DNA of 64,000 nucleotides from Neocallimastix sp. 'constans'. Lineage: Eukaryota. The stretch is taken from contig JBODTK010000013.1 in assembly GCA_050613775.1 (NCBI GenBank), positions 1,116,001 through 1,180,000 of the forward strand. The letters run 5' to 3'. Positions 49,248 to 62,091 of this stretch are shown here, in pieces (within the stretch, counting starts at the first letter, position 1; every line of letters starts with the position of its first letter). The translations under genes and the position numbers were made by a program. The notes below the pieces were generated by a model. The model searched no databases and was not told where the DNA came from. It saw only the letters and a list, made by a program, of their open reading frames with translations.

Positions 49248-52200
49248 ACAATGGACTTCAACAGAAGTCCAATATAATAAAAAACACAAGAATTCTTCAT
49301 TATAATTTTCCTACATTTAATAATGTAGTAAATAAAAAATTACCTTCAACTTTCCTTTTATTTGATACATATATTCCAACAACATTTTCAAATAATATAA
49401 AAAATATTAAAAATGATAATAATAAATTAAAAACTGAATCGATGTTAGATTCAGGCTCCTTCTGTAATTTTATTACAGAAGAATTAGTAAAAACATTAAA
49501 ATTGAAAAAATATAATTTAAAATCAAAAATTTTAGTCAAAGGAATTTCTGGTGATACAACCCAGATAAAGAATTATGTTTGGCTAAAATTTCAAATCAAA
49601 ATTAATGAAAATAAAAGAGTTTATTTTAAAAATTTCAGAGAAAAATTTTTAATTTCGAATTGTATCCCAACAAAACTACTTTTTGGAAACCAATTTATGA
49701 GGAAGTTTAATATTCATTATGACTATGATAAAAACTTCCTATATTCTTATTTAAATTCTCACTTTTATAACAAAATTAATAAAAATACTAATAAAAATCC
49801 ACAATATTATTCTCGGTTTAATTCAGTGATAAAAAGATTTTTAAAAAATTATTTTTTAAAACATAAATTCATAAAAAAAATTTAATTATACAAAAAATTC
49901 AAAAAATTTCAAAAATTTTAATCAAAATAAATTAAATTTTAAACTTAATAAATATAAAAAATTTCTTCATAAAAAATTTAATTTTTTAATCAAAAAAATA
50001 TTTTTTAAATTAAAAAACAATCACCAAAATAAAAAATATAAAATTAATAATAAATTTAACTATAATTATTTAATTTATTCATTTTTAACAAATAAAGAAA
50101 ATTATGAAGAAGATATTGAAGATATAAAAATCGAAAATATTCCGCTTCAATATCGAGATTTGGCTGTTGTATTTAGTAAGAAAGAAGCAGATAAACTACC
50201 GCCACATCGTTTAACTGACTGTAAAATAGTTTTAGAAAAGGATGCTTCTCTTCATTACGGACCTATCTACCCATTATCTGAAGAAGAAAATAAAGTTTTA
50301 AAAGAATATATAGAAGAAAATTTAAAGAAGGGATTTATTAGACCTTCTGAATCTCCAGCTGGTTATCCTGTCTTATTTCAAAAAAAGAAAGATGGTTCTT
50401 TAAGATTGTGTGTGGATTACAAAAAGTTAAACGCTGTTACCATTAGAAATTCATATCCTCTTCCACTTATTAATGATATTATTGAAAAGGTTAAAGGTGC
50501 AAAATATTTCACAAAATTAGATCTAAGATCTGCCTATAACCTAATTCGTATAAAAGAGGGGGATGAATATAAAACAGCTTTTCGAACTAAATATGGTCAT
50601 TACGAATATCTCGTAATACCTTTTGGGTTGAAAAATGCCCCAGCCACTTTTCAATCATTTATTAATTCTGTACTCAGACCTTATTTGGAAAAAAGTGTTA
50701 TTTTATATTTGGATGATATTTTAATTTATTCTGAGGATTTGGAAGAACATCACAAACAAGTAAGAAATGTATTACAAACTTTAATTAATAATAATTTATA
50801 CGCAAAATTAGAAAAATGTGAATTCGATAAAGAAAAAGTTGAATTCCTAGGTTACATTTTATCTGGTGATGGTGTATCTACTGACCCAAAGAAAATTAAA
50901 TCTATAGAAGAGTGGCCAACTCCGAAAAATATTAAAGAAGTACAACGATTTTTAGGCTTATGTAATTACTATAGGAGATTTGTAAAAAATTTTGCAAAAA
51001 TAGCTAAGCCTCTCCATAATTTAACAAGAAAAAATACAAAATTTATTTGGGATACAAATTGTGGAAATTCATTTAAATTATTAAAAAGTAAATTAACTAC
51101 TTCTCCAGTACTGCATCACCCAGATGTAACTAAACCATTCATAGTAGAATGTGATGCAAGTAACTATGCTATAGGTGCTGTTTTATCTCAGAAAGATGAA
51201 AATAATAAATTACATCCTGTTGCTTACTTTTCAAGAAGTTTACAAGGCTCCGAAATAAATTATACCATTACAGAAAAAGAGTTATTAGCTATTAGAGATT
51301 CTTTCTTAACTTGGCGACATCTTTTACTTGGTGCAAAACATAAAATTACTGTCTATACTGACCATAGAAATTTAATCTATACTTTAGGAGGAAAAGTTGG
51401 TAATCAAAGACAGCATAGATGGCACTTATTCTTTCAGGAATATGATTTCCAACTTATATATAGACAAGGAACAAAAAATGGGAAACCAGATAGTCTTTCA
51501 AGAAGACCTGACTATATGAAGAATAACGAAGATATTAAACCAGAAAATATATTAGATATTAAAAATGTAAAAGAAGTTCCCTGTTTTATAGGAATTATGA
51601 GTAATTTACTAGAAAAAATTATTGATGCTATTAAAGAAGATGCTACTGCTGAAGATATTAAATTATACTTTAGTGAAAACAATGTTAAAAATAATTATGC
51701 TTATAAACCATTTAGGAAAATGGAAAGATTTAAAATAAAAGATAATATTATATTATATAACAATTTAATTTATATTCCTGAATCACTTAGATTAGAAATT
51801 TTAGAAAAATATCATGAAAAACCCGCTTCTGGACATCTTGGTATAAGAAGAACTTTAGAACTAATTACAAGAAACTTTTGGTGGCCAAAAATACATGAAG
51901 ATGTTACAAGTTATGTTAATTCTTGTGAATGTTGTGCAAGAAACAAGGTTAATAGACATAGGAAATATGGTCTTTTACAACCTTTAGATACTCCCGATAG
52001 ACCTTGGAAGTCTATCGAAATTGATTTCCTATGTGGTCTTCCTTATTCTAAAGGATACACCATTATTATGGTAGTTGTTGATCGTTTCTCTAAGATGATA
52101 CATTTAATTCCATTTAAACAAATACCTGATGCCAAACAAACTGCCAAAGCTTTCATTACAAATATATTTAAACTACACGGATTGCCTTGTGATTTGTATA

Positions 52201-53071
52201 CAGATAGAGGATCTCAATTTACAAGCGCTCTTTGGAAAGAAGTAATGGAATATTTAAACATTAAATCAAAAATCGCTACAACTGACCATCATGAAACAGT
52301 TGGTCAAGTTGAAAGATGTAATTCTTTTATTGAACAATATTTAAGAGCTTACTCAAGATCATATTATCATGATGATTGGATTGAATGGATTCACCTTGCT
52401 GAATTTGTTTATAATAACTCCATTAATGAATCTACAAAAGAAACACCCTTCTTTATTAATTATGGGTTTCATCCATCTATGGATGAATTTTTCTTATTAC
52501 CTGATATTGATACTAATAATAAAATTATTAAGGACTTAAGTATGAACTTTAATCATATTAAAGATGTTTTATTAAGGTCAAAAGAACTATATAAAATACA
52601 CGCAGATAAAAAGAGAATGCCACCTCCAATATTTAAAGAAAATGATTTAGTTTGGATACAAGCTCCTCCATCACTAAATATCGAAGATAGTTCAAAGTTA
52701 GCTCCTTGTAAATATGGACCATATAAAGTAATAGATGTTCTGAATAATCATAATTATAAAATAGATATTAAAAGGTCACCTTTTCCAAAACATCATCCTA
52801 TATTCCATGTTTCGGAGTTAGAACCTTTTATTCCAACGCCTCAAAAGTTTTTAAAAAGAAGAACTCATGATGAATCTGTTAATGATATAATTGAAATCTC
52901 AGGATTTAGAACTAATTATAAAAAGAATCAATATGAATAAAGAATCAGGTATAAATATAGAACTGCTTACAATTGGGTTCCTTCAGACGAAGTTGAAAAT
53001 AACCCCCGAAATCAAAATATTTATTTACAATATTTACAAAATGGAAGAAAACCTATTTCAATAGCTTATAA
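49238..53071 (+). pseudogene. pol: pol of D (PR, RT, RH, IN, chromo-like tail) with frameshift near 49880 and stop at 52938
   Basis: MLDSGS, YLDD, ECDAS, TDRG, HPIFHVS; the reading continues YE*RIRYKYRTAYNWVPSDEV past the stop. Confidence 0.88.
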
Positions 53072-54455
53072 CTAAAATGATAATAATAATAATATTATTA
53101 TAAAAAAAAAAAAAAAAAATTTGGAAATTTTATTTTTATTAATTTGTTTTTAAATTTTATTTTATTATTATCAATTTTTCAGTCAAATTTCAATTTCAAA
53201 ATTTCGAAATTTTCAAAATTTTCAAAATTCAAAAACATAGCTATGTTACACTTACATCTATCAATTTATAATCTAATTTTATTCATAAATTCATTAATTA
53301 TTATAATTTTCAATTTTTAAAGTTAATGCATAAAATTAAAAAGTTAATTGAAATTAAAATTTCAAAATTTCAATTTCAAAAATTTTTAATCAAAAACATT
53401 TAAAAATGGTACCATCATATTCTTAAACATCAATTTTCATAATAAAATTTTAATTTTATTAAATTTTAGAGATTTCAAAATTTCAATGAAATGGCCACTT
53501 ATAAAGGGTTTCCTTTAAAAATTTAAAAGGACTCAAGTGACCTTCCTCTTTCATAAATTAAAAATTTTTAATTTAAGAAATTCCAAAAAATTTTTTAACA
53601 AAAATTTAATCCTCCTTATCGTTACACAAAAATCGTCTTGAATCCGATTTTTATGGGAGGGCATTGTTGAAATTATAACTGAATTGAAATCTCAATTTCA
53701 GTTATTTACATTTCAATAGTTAACAAATATTATTTATTTAATTATAAATAATATATATATTTAAATAATTAATAATTAATATAAATTCTTATTTAATATT
53801 TAAGGAATTATCTTAGGCCTAATAATTCTGAGAATATTAGTAAATAAGATTTATATTAATAATTTCAATTATCTACATATGACGTCACATGTATTTATTT
53901 ATATTATGTTTATATATATGTTTACATCATATATATTAACTACTATTTTTAATTATTCAAATTAATTATATAATTATAAATTAAATTTATTTAGTTATAT
54001 TAAATATTTTAAACATATCGATATTGTTATTATCTTAATATTTTATTAATATTCATATTACTATATTATTAATATCTTATAATTAAATATTATTATTATG
54101 TAACTTACAAAGTATAAAAGAAAGATGTAAAAATCTATCTTTTATGTTCTTTGTAAGGTTATTGTACTTACAATAATTATATACTAATAATTCAATAAAT
54201 AAATATTTTCATAAATCCTTCAAAGAAATTATTATTTAAAATATTCTTAGATATTAAGTGTTTAAATAACTTAACTATTTATCTTATATTATTTTTATAT
54301 TATTATTAATTAATTATTGTTGGATTATTAATATATAATTCAACATATTAACCTAGTAACGTTATTAATCATAAAACTATTTTATATCTTAATTTTAACA
54401 TTTTATTACAATTTTATTGACAATTTTCATTTTTATTTAAATACTGTAGCACCAG

Positions 54456-55241
54456 TGGTATGGTTCATATAATTTTAGGAATATAATAATAATTAACACA
54501 AATAATAAAATTACAATAAAAAAAATAATTTGTTTTAAAATCAATATTTATTTATTTAAATTTATAAAAGAAAAATAATAATATAATTATTTATTTAATA
54601 AAAGTAAGTTATTCATTATATTTTATTTCACTAAAATTACATGTATTTATATTTTTTTATCAAATTAAAATTTGTAAAGCCTAACTATTTTTTTAATAAA
54701 CTAATTACTAATTATTTTTATAAATAAAACATTTAAATTGAAATTGAATTATTATTTTAGTTAATAATATTATTGTTATAAATAGTAGTTATATATTATT
54801 GAATTATTAATTATTTAATAATAGTTTAATACTAATATATATAAAATAAAAATAAAGAGATTATACAGAATATTTTATTGTGGTTTAGTTAAATTTAGTA
54901 ATTAAAAATAAATTTAAATTGATAACGAAAATTTTAATAACTAATTAAATAGATTTGATTATTTTCAATATAACATAATACAAAAGAAATATAATATTAA
55001 TATATTAAGTGGGCAAGGACAATATTCTTGGCTAAAGATTTTTAATACATTATAATGGAATCGGATCGATAATTCAAAAAGGAATTATAAGTTAATTAGT
55101 GATTTATTAACTTAAGATTTCTATTTAGTAATATTTGAAGAATATTGGAAAGTTCCAATTATATAGAATAGAATAATCTATAAGGTTAGAATAATTTATA
55201 TTATTCTAGCACAATTAGTATTATTTGTTCATTCTGTATTA
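54456..55241. mobile_element. Solo LTR H (~786 bp), queue member
   Basis: Starts TGGTATGG after CCAG and ends ..GTATTA before CCAG (or ..TTACCA before G; ambiguous). Confidence 0.7.
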
Positions 55242-55245
55242 CCAG

Positions 55246-56320
55246 TGGTAGACTCGGGGTTGACACTTAGATATTTAAAATCAAGCAGGGGGGACGGGTA
55301 TTACCCTGCTTTGATTTTAAAAAAAAAAAAATAATTCTTTATTAAAAATTATTTATTTTTTTTTATTAATATAAAAGTTTTTTATTTAAAGTACACACAT
55401 TTAATTTTTAAGAAATTGTTACAATATTTATATTTTTTTATAAATTTAAAGTATAATTAATTGTTTATAATTTAAGTAATTTTATAGAATTATTGAATTA
55501 ATTTTATATCAATAATTCATTTTTGTTTTAATTTTTATAAATATAATAATATAATATTCAAATATAATTTAATTAAAAATAATTATAAAATAAATATATA
55601 GAAAATAGTTTTTACTATTTTCTTTGATATTTTTAAGTTAAATAAATTGTTTTTAAAGATTAATATAATAAATTTAATAATCTTTAATTATTTTAAATAA
55701 TACTTGTAATTATTTTCAAAATAAAATAAAATTTTTATAATATTTAATTAATAAATTTGATAATATTTAAATAATAATTTTTATAATAAGTAAAAATTTT
55801 TAATAATAATTTTTAATAATAAATTTAATTAATAATCTTAATAATTTTATAATAATATTTAATAGTTATAATAAATAAATTTTTATAATAATATTTAATA
55901 ATTTTAATAATTTTATAATATTAATAATTTATAATAATTTTTAGAATAATATTTAATTAATAATTTTAATAATTTTATAATATTAATAATTTATAATAAT
56001 TTTTAGAATAATATTTAATTAATAATTTTAATAATTTTATAATAATTTTTATAATAATATTTAATTAATAGTTTTAATAATTTAGTATCTTAAAAGTATA
56101 ATTTTAATATTTACAATTGTATTTTAATATACATATATTTAATAATATAACAATAAAATAATTAATTAAAATTTATTTACATTATTTACAAGTGTAAATT
56201 AATTTATATCAAAATAAATTAAATTTACAATGAGGTTTAGGTTATGAAGAATATAGGAAAGTACAATTTAGTAAAGAATTATTAATAATAAAATAAAGGT
56301 TATTAATTCATTCTTTACCA
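55246..56320. mobile_element. Solo LTR E (1075 bp), queue member
   Basis: TGGTAG..TTACCA with CCAG on both sides; same family as E', with an extra ~62-bp internal repeat. Confidence 0.88.
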
Positions 56321-57262
56321 CCAGTGGTACAGAACTGAAGAATTTTTATCATAAAATAATATATTCTAATAATTAAAGAAAATTTTAAATTCTATTCTAT
56401 TATTCTAATCTATTATTCTAATTTAAAAATCTAAATACTAAACAATTTAAACTAAAATAAATTATTCAAAATTAATATAACCTAATATAAATAATTTAAC
56501 TAACAACTATAATTATTAAAACTATTAACCAAACACTAAAAACCTTTAAACACTTAATACAAAACTTAAATTATTTTTAATTCTAACTTTATTTAAAATA
56601 AACTATTTTATTTTTATTATTTAATCTATTCTAACTTTATTATTTAAACTATACTAATTTATTATTTAAACTATTTAAATTTAATTATTTAAACTAATTT
56701 TATTTTAATTTAACTATCTAAATTTATCATTTAAACTCGAAAATATCAAAAGAATAATATAATAATAAAGTTGTAAGAAAAAGAGAGAGAACTAAAGTAT
56801 TGTACTACTTTGTTCTTTTTATACATTTAGAATAGTTATTTGATTGGATTAGAATAAAAATTTAATAATAAAAATTTAATAATAAAAATTTAATAATAAA
56901 AATTTAATAATAAAATATAATAATAAAATATAATAAACTATTAAAATATTATTAAGTATTACAATATTAAATAAAGATAATAATTAATACATTTTCTAAT
57001 TTATTATAACTAGATTTATAATTATTTTAATATTTTAATATTAATTATTTAATTCCACTAATATTAATAATTTTTAATCTTTAATAATTATATATAATTT
57101 TAATTATTTTATTTGTTCCGTAACATAATGCCACCCCTAAGCTCAGACTTCGTCCCCTGAAGTCTCGATTTCGCATAATTGATATGGAACAATATTTTTT
57201 AAGTGAACATTTCTATCGGCAATTTCGTTTGTTACTGGATCACAAAGTGTTACTGTGTTGAA

Positions 57263-60200
57263 TTATTTCTTAACGATTTTCATAGGGCCTAAAAAGAAAG
57301 GATCAAGTTTTCTTCTATTTATACACTTAATCATTACTAAATCTCCGGATTTATATTCAGCTTTAAGTCTTTTCATCTGTTTTCTTCTGTCTTCCCATAT
57401 TTTATTGGCAGTTTGAATATTATTGATTGCTTCCTTTATCCATTTATAATGGGTTGTAAATCTTCTTATTAAAAATTCTTCATTACTTTCGAAATCTTCT
57501 TTTTTGTCTAAGTTCAATACTAATTCGAATGGCTGGAGATCACGTCTACCATATAATAATTCGAAACTAGAAAATTTCGTTGTTTCATTTTTACTTGTAC
57601 GCAACGCCCATAAAGCACTTGGTAATATTTCATCCCACTGAGAAGTATTTTTATTACAAAGAAGTCTTAAATATTTCCCAATTTCTTTGTTGCGGTTTTC
57701 GACTTCTCCATTTGATTCTGGATGATAGGTTGCTATAAAATGAACATAAACACAATATAAGTCGAGGAATGCTTTTGTTTTATCGGAATTAAACTGGGGT
57801 CCATTGTCTGTTACAATTATTTCAGGAATACCGTGACGAGAAAAAACTTTGGATAAAAATCTTATAACATCATCAGATTCTATGTATTTAGTTGGCTCTG
57901 CTTCTACCCATTTTGTTAAGTAATCTACTAAAACAATTATATATTTATTTCCATTTTTTGTTGTGGGTAATGGGCCTATAATATCTAGACCAACTCTTGT
58001 GAATGGTAAACCTGGTTTTGTTGCTATATCTTCAGTTTGATAATTAAATGACTGAGGTCTAAAAAGCTGACATCTTTTGCAAGTTCTAACTATGTATTTC
58101 ACATCCAATATCATATTGGTCCAATAATAATCTCTTTTAAGTCGATTATAAGTTTTAAATACTCCTTCGTGACCAATTTTGTGAGCACTAAGTATAAGTT
58201 TAATTCTTTCTTTTTCATTATAAATAACTTTTCTTAATTTTCCATCATCCTTAAAAAATTTTTCACCATTAATGATTACAAATTTATCTTTAAAGCTTGA
58301 TAAAAGATTATTTTCGTTCATTTCAGAAGTTATTGTTGCAACTAATTCATCATTTTTCGTTTTTAACCTTGATAATGCATCAGCGATAACATTTTTCTTT
58401 CCTGGTTCGTATAAAACTTTAACATTAAGCATTGATAAAAGTAAGACCCATCTTGTTTGTCTTGAATTGTTTGTTTCTTTATTTTTAAATAATCCTACTA
58501 AAGGTTTGTGGTCCGTGTAAAGAAGCGTCGTATATTTGTTTCCAGAAATATATGATTTAAATTTTTTAAGGCAGTAAGTCGCGGCTGTTCCTTCCAGATC
58601 CGTAATTGCATAATTTCTTTCCGCCGGTTTTAAAGAGCGACTTACGAAGTGAATTGGTTTTTCATTGTTATTTTCATCCTTTTGAAGTAATACGCCACCT
58701 ATTCCGTCATAGGAAGCATCAGTTCTAATAATAAATTGTTTTTCGAAATCAGGCATAGTAAGTATTGGAGTTGAAACTAGTTTATTTTTTAATTCATTGA
58801 AACTTTCTTCTTGTTCATTTTCCCAAATAAATTTAACTCCCTTTTTTAAAAGTTTGAATAATGGTTTTGCAATATTCGCAAAGTTGAATATAAATTTACG
58901 ATAGTATCCAACTGCACCGAGAAATGATTGTAATTGTGTGATATTTTTGGGAGGTATCCATTCTAAAATAACTTTTATTTTATCTTGAATTGGAGAAATA
59001 CCATTAATCGACAATGTATGTCCTAATAGTTCTACTTTTTCTTTAAAGAAATTACATTTTTCTAAGTTAATCTTTAATCCATTTTCTTTTATAATTTCAA
59101 ATACTTTTTTAAGATCTTCAACATGTTGTTCTAAGGAAGGAGAGAATATTACTAAGTCATCAATATAAACAAACATACATACACCAATAAGAGGGAAAAA
59201 TATTCTGTTCATTTCTCTTTGGAAGGTACCTGGAGCATTACACAATCCAAAAGGCATAACTAAAAATTGATAATTACCGTACATTGTCGTGAAACTTGTT
59301 TTTGGAATATCTTCTTTATTCATGGGTATTTGGTGGAATCCAGAAAATAGGTCAATTGTTGTGAATATTTTTACTTGTTTACCAATAGAAAATAAAATTT
59401 CATCGATAAGAGGTAGCGCATAAGCGTCCTTGATTGTAACGTTATTCAATTTTCGGAAGTCAATACATAATCTCCATTTTTTATTTTTCTTGAGAACTAG
59501 GATAACCGGAGAAGACCAAGGAGAGTTCGAGGGTTCGATTAATTTGTTTTTAATAAGTTTTTCTAACTCCTTTTTAAGTGCTATAGCCTGAACTTTTGAA
59601 AGTCTATAACATTTTTGTTTTATTGGTTTAGTATTCATTTCAAGTTGAATGTTATGTGGAAGTAACTTGGTTGGTTTTAACTCATCAATTTTAGTAGCAA
59701 GAATAGAATGGAATTCATTAAAGATTTCTTTTATTTTATTTTTAAACTTATTCGGTACTCCATTAATTATTACTTCTATCATTTTATCCTTTTCGTTAAT
59801 TTCTTCCTTAAATTGTTTTTTTATTTTTTTATTTCCAGTTTCAAGATTTGAATTTTTTGTATTTATTTGTTCTTTTAGTATCGTATTATTTTTCTTACTA
59901 TTATCTTCCTTTATAAAGCAATATAAATAGGAATTATTATTAATATCAGAGTTTGTTTCATCATATATTATTATAGATTCAGCATCATCATCATTATTAT
60001 TAATAATATTTCCATTATTGCCTTTACCAAGTTTTATAATATATTCCCAAGAATCATCTTCTTTCATTAAACATAGATTATTGTTAAGAGGATTGATGAA
60101 TAAATTGTTTTCTTTAAGTGTTCTGTAGCCAATTAATATATCAAACAAATTTTGATCATTATCAATGACTCTGAAAATATCATGTATAACTAATTTTCCA

Positions 60201-61048
60201 ATTTTAATATTTAGTAAATAAATTTCAGTGTAAACGTTTTCTTTTGATAATACTTGTACAATGTTGTTCTTAACAAATCCTATAGGTTTAATTTTATTCA
60301 ATTTATTTAGGAAGTTTTTTGTGATAATGTTGATACTGGCACATGTATCTAAAAATGCTAAACCTTTAATATCATTAATAAAACATTCAACAGTTGCTAC
60401 ATCTTCTCTATGCATGGCAGACAGTACGATTTCTTCAGGTGATTCATTAAGAGTTTCAGGACTTTTGAGTTTTAATGCCTTAATAAAATCTGCACGAAGT
60501 TTTGGACTAACATCTAATAATTGTGGAACTGTAATATTAGCAAATTTTGAGCTTATATCCTTACAAATGTCATACTTTGGTTGTCCTTCCATAATTGTGA
60601 TTTGCTTATTAAAATTAGAGTTTTTAACTTTCTTTTCAGCTAACTCGATACTTGGAAGTTTAGCTTTTTCTTTGTGTTTATTCGTTTCTTTATTATTAAT
60701 GTTTAAAATTTCATTTTCTCTTTGTTTTCTTGCGTTCTTTTTTGCTTTATTAATTGATGGTTGACTTATTACAGAAACATCAATTTGGTTAAGTTTTTCT
60801 GTTTCCTTTGGATATATTTTGTCGATTGAAACTGCATCATCTTCGATTTTGATATTCTCATTGTTAGTTTTTGTATTAGAATCAATTTGATTATTTTGAT
60901 TAATTGTATTATTTTCTTTATTTTTCCTTTTGTTTTTTCCATATGGTTTTTCAATTAATAAATTTGTTTTTTTTCTAATAGCAGTAGCTACAATTTCTTC
61001 TTTGGTTTGATTAGTGGGAGTTTCCCTTCTCCCTTTTAGAAGTTTAAA
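57263..61048 (-). CDS. pol: Pol of F, reached by -1 frameshift; premature stop near the C-terminus
   Basis: Open from TTTAAAC (61048); FLDTCAS, YIDD, TDNG. After the TAA the homologous FNTVTLCDP..HLKNIVPY continues. Confidence 0.92.
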   Translation of the reverse strand, partial: FKLLKGRRETPTNQTKEEIVATAIRKKTNLLIEKPYGKNKRKNKENNTINQNNQIDSNTKTNNENIKIEDDAVSIDKIYPKETEKLNQIDVSVISQPSINKAKKNARKQRENEILNINNKETNKHKEKAKLPSIELAEKKVKNSNFNKQITIMEGQPKYDICKDISSKFANITVPQLLDVSPKLRADFIKALKLKSPETLNESPEEIVLSAMHREDVATVECFINDIKGLAFLDTCASINIITKNFLNKLNKIKPIGFVKNNIVQVLSKENVYTEIYLLNIKIGKLVIHDIFRVIDNDQNLFDILIGYRTLKENNLFINPLNNNLCLMKEDDSWEYIIKLGKGNNGNIINNNDDDAESIIIYDETNSDINNNSYLYCFIKEDNSKKNNTILKEQINTKNSNLETGNKKIKKQFKEEINEKDKMIEVIINGVPNKFKNKIKEIFNEFHSILATKIDELKPTKLLPHNIQLEMNTKPIKQKCYRLSKVQAIALKKELEKLIKNKLIEPSNSPWSSPVILVLKKNKKWRLCIDFRKLNNVTIKDAYALPLIDEILFSIGKQVKIFTTIDLFSGFHQIPMNKEDIPKTSFTTMYGNYQFLVMPFGLCNAPGTFQREMNRIFFPLIGVCMFVYIDDLVIFSPSLEQHVEDLKKVFEIIKENGLKINLEKCNFFKEKVELLGHTLSINGISPIQDKIKVILEWIPPKNITQLQSFLGAVGYYRKFIFNFANIAKPLFKLLKKGVKFIWENEQEESFNELKNKLVSTPILTMPDFEKQFIIRTDASYDGIGGVLLQKDENNNEKPIHFVSRSLKPAERNYAITDLEGTAATYCLKKFKSYISGNKYTTLLYTDHKPLVGLFKNKETNNSRQTRWVLLLSMLNVKVLYEPGKKNVIADALSRLKTKNDELVATITSEMNENNLLSSFKDKFVIINGEKFFKDDGKLRKVIYNEKERIKLILSAHKIGHEGVFKTYNRLKRDYYWTNMILDVKYIVRTCKRCQLFRPQSFNYQTEDIATKPGLPFTRVGLDIIGPLPTTKNGNKYIIVLVDYLTKWVEAEPTKYIESDDVIRFLSKVFSRHGIPEIIVTDNGPQFNSDKTKAFLDLYCVYVHFIATYHPESNGEVENRNKEIGKYLRLLCNKNTSQWDEILPSALWALRTSKNETTKFSSFELLYGRRDLQPFELVLNLDKKEDFESNEEFLIRRFTTHYKWIKEAINNIQTANKIWEDRRKQMKRLKAEYKSGDLVMIKCINRRKLDPFFLGPMKIVKK

Positions 61049-62091
61049 TGATCGTTAGAAGAGCCTTGATTTTGATTTTCGAATTCAGCAAGTTGTTTGA
61101 AAGAATATGGACAAGGTTTATAGTAATGTCCTTGTTGTCCACAACGATAGTATGTAATCGGTGATTTTTTGGTAATAATTTTCTTTCTATTCTGGTTAGT
61201 TTCATTATTCGTAAATTCATTATTAAGTCTTGTATCATCGAAATTTTGCTTAATATTCACTAGATTATTTTTTTGCTCGTATTCTTCTTGATTATAAGTT
61301 CTTTTATTATTGGCAATCTTTGGATTACTAAAACCATGCTGGAATTCATTAAATTCATTATAATTTTGATAATTTGGTTGATTCCTTTTATTGTATGAGT
61401 TGTATAATTGCTTTCTACTATAATTTTGATTGTGATTTTGGTTATAACTTTGATTATAATTCTTATTATAAATCGAAGAATTAAATTGTTTGAAAGGATG
61501 AACATTATTTCTGTAATAAAATGGTTGGGAATTAAAAACTGTTGTCATTACTGCTTCATTAGCGGCATCTCCAATTTCTTCGGCTCTTTCTGCCAATTCA
61601 GCTTCTTCGAATGCATCTTCTAAGTCGAAACATCGTTGGGTTATGACTTGAGATCTAGCATAAGGTCGATAGATTATTGAATCTGCGTAGTCTTCAACAG
61701 TAATAAATGTTTGGTAAATTTTCGGTAGATTATTATAAATTTTCTTGTATCTCCAATTAAAGTTCTTTATACTTTCTCCTCTTCTAATTTTCATTCTTTG
61801 TAACCTTTTACATTTCTCTTGGGGTGTTATCTCAAGTTCATTTTCTATTGCTTTTTTGATTTCTTCAATAGAAGGGTAGATATCATTTTCTTCTTCGTTC
61901 TTAGTGTGTAATTCTTGTAAAGTCCCTTTTAACTTTCCATCGACACATTCGATAGCCCATGTGAGTATATTTTTTGGATTATTTATATCTGCTAGAGACA
62001 TAATTCTTGTAAATTCTTCGCACCAAGAATCTATATCTCTTGCGTTTTCGTTGAGTCTTGGTAGAATTCTTTGTAGTTCTAATATTTTCAT
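61036..62091 (-). CDS. gag: Gag of F
   Basis: 351 aa homologous to the gag of C; knuckle YYRCGQQGHYYKPC lacks its first Cys. Confidence 0.9.
   Translation of the reverse strand: MKILELQRILPRLNENARDIDSWCEEFTRIMSLADINNPKNILTWAIECVDGKLKGTLQELHTKNEEENDIYPSIEEIKKAIENELEITPQEKCKRLQRMKIRRGESIKNFNWRYKKIYNNLPKIYQTFITVEDYADSIIYRPYARSQVITQRCFDLEDAFEEAELAERAEEIGDAANEAVMTTVFNSQPFYYRNNVHPFKQFNSSIYNKNYNQSYNQNHNQNYSRKQLYNSYNKRNQPNYQNYNEFNEFQHGFSNPKIANNKRTYNQEEYEQKNNLVNIKQNFDDTRLNNEFTNNETNQNRKKIITKKSPITYYRCGQQGHYYKPCPYSFKQLAEFENQNQGSSNDHLNF

Larger units (their letters stand above)
47400..54400 (+). mobile_element. Element D: full-length Tf1-like chromovirus nested in the 5' LTR of C
   Basis: 736-bp LTRs 47400-48135 and 53665-54400 (no differences noticed), TG..CA ends, TSD TTTTA, PPT gggaggg at 53655. 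Confidence 0.95.
39558..54451 (-). mobile_element. Element C: full-length Ty3/gypsy, tRNA-Lys primed, 5' LTR interrupted by D
   Basis: 529-bp LTRs 39558-40086 and 46917-47399+54406-54451 (two C/T differences seen), TSD CCAG, PBS at 46893-46910 and PPT at ~40090. Confidence 0.95.
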
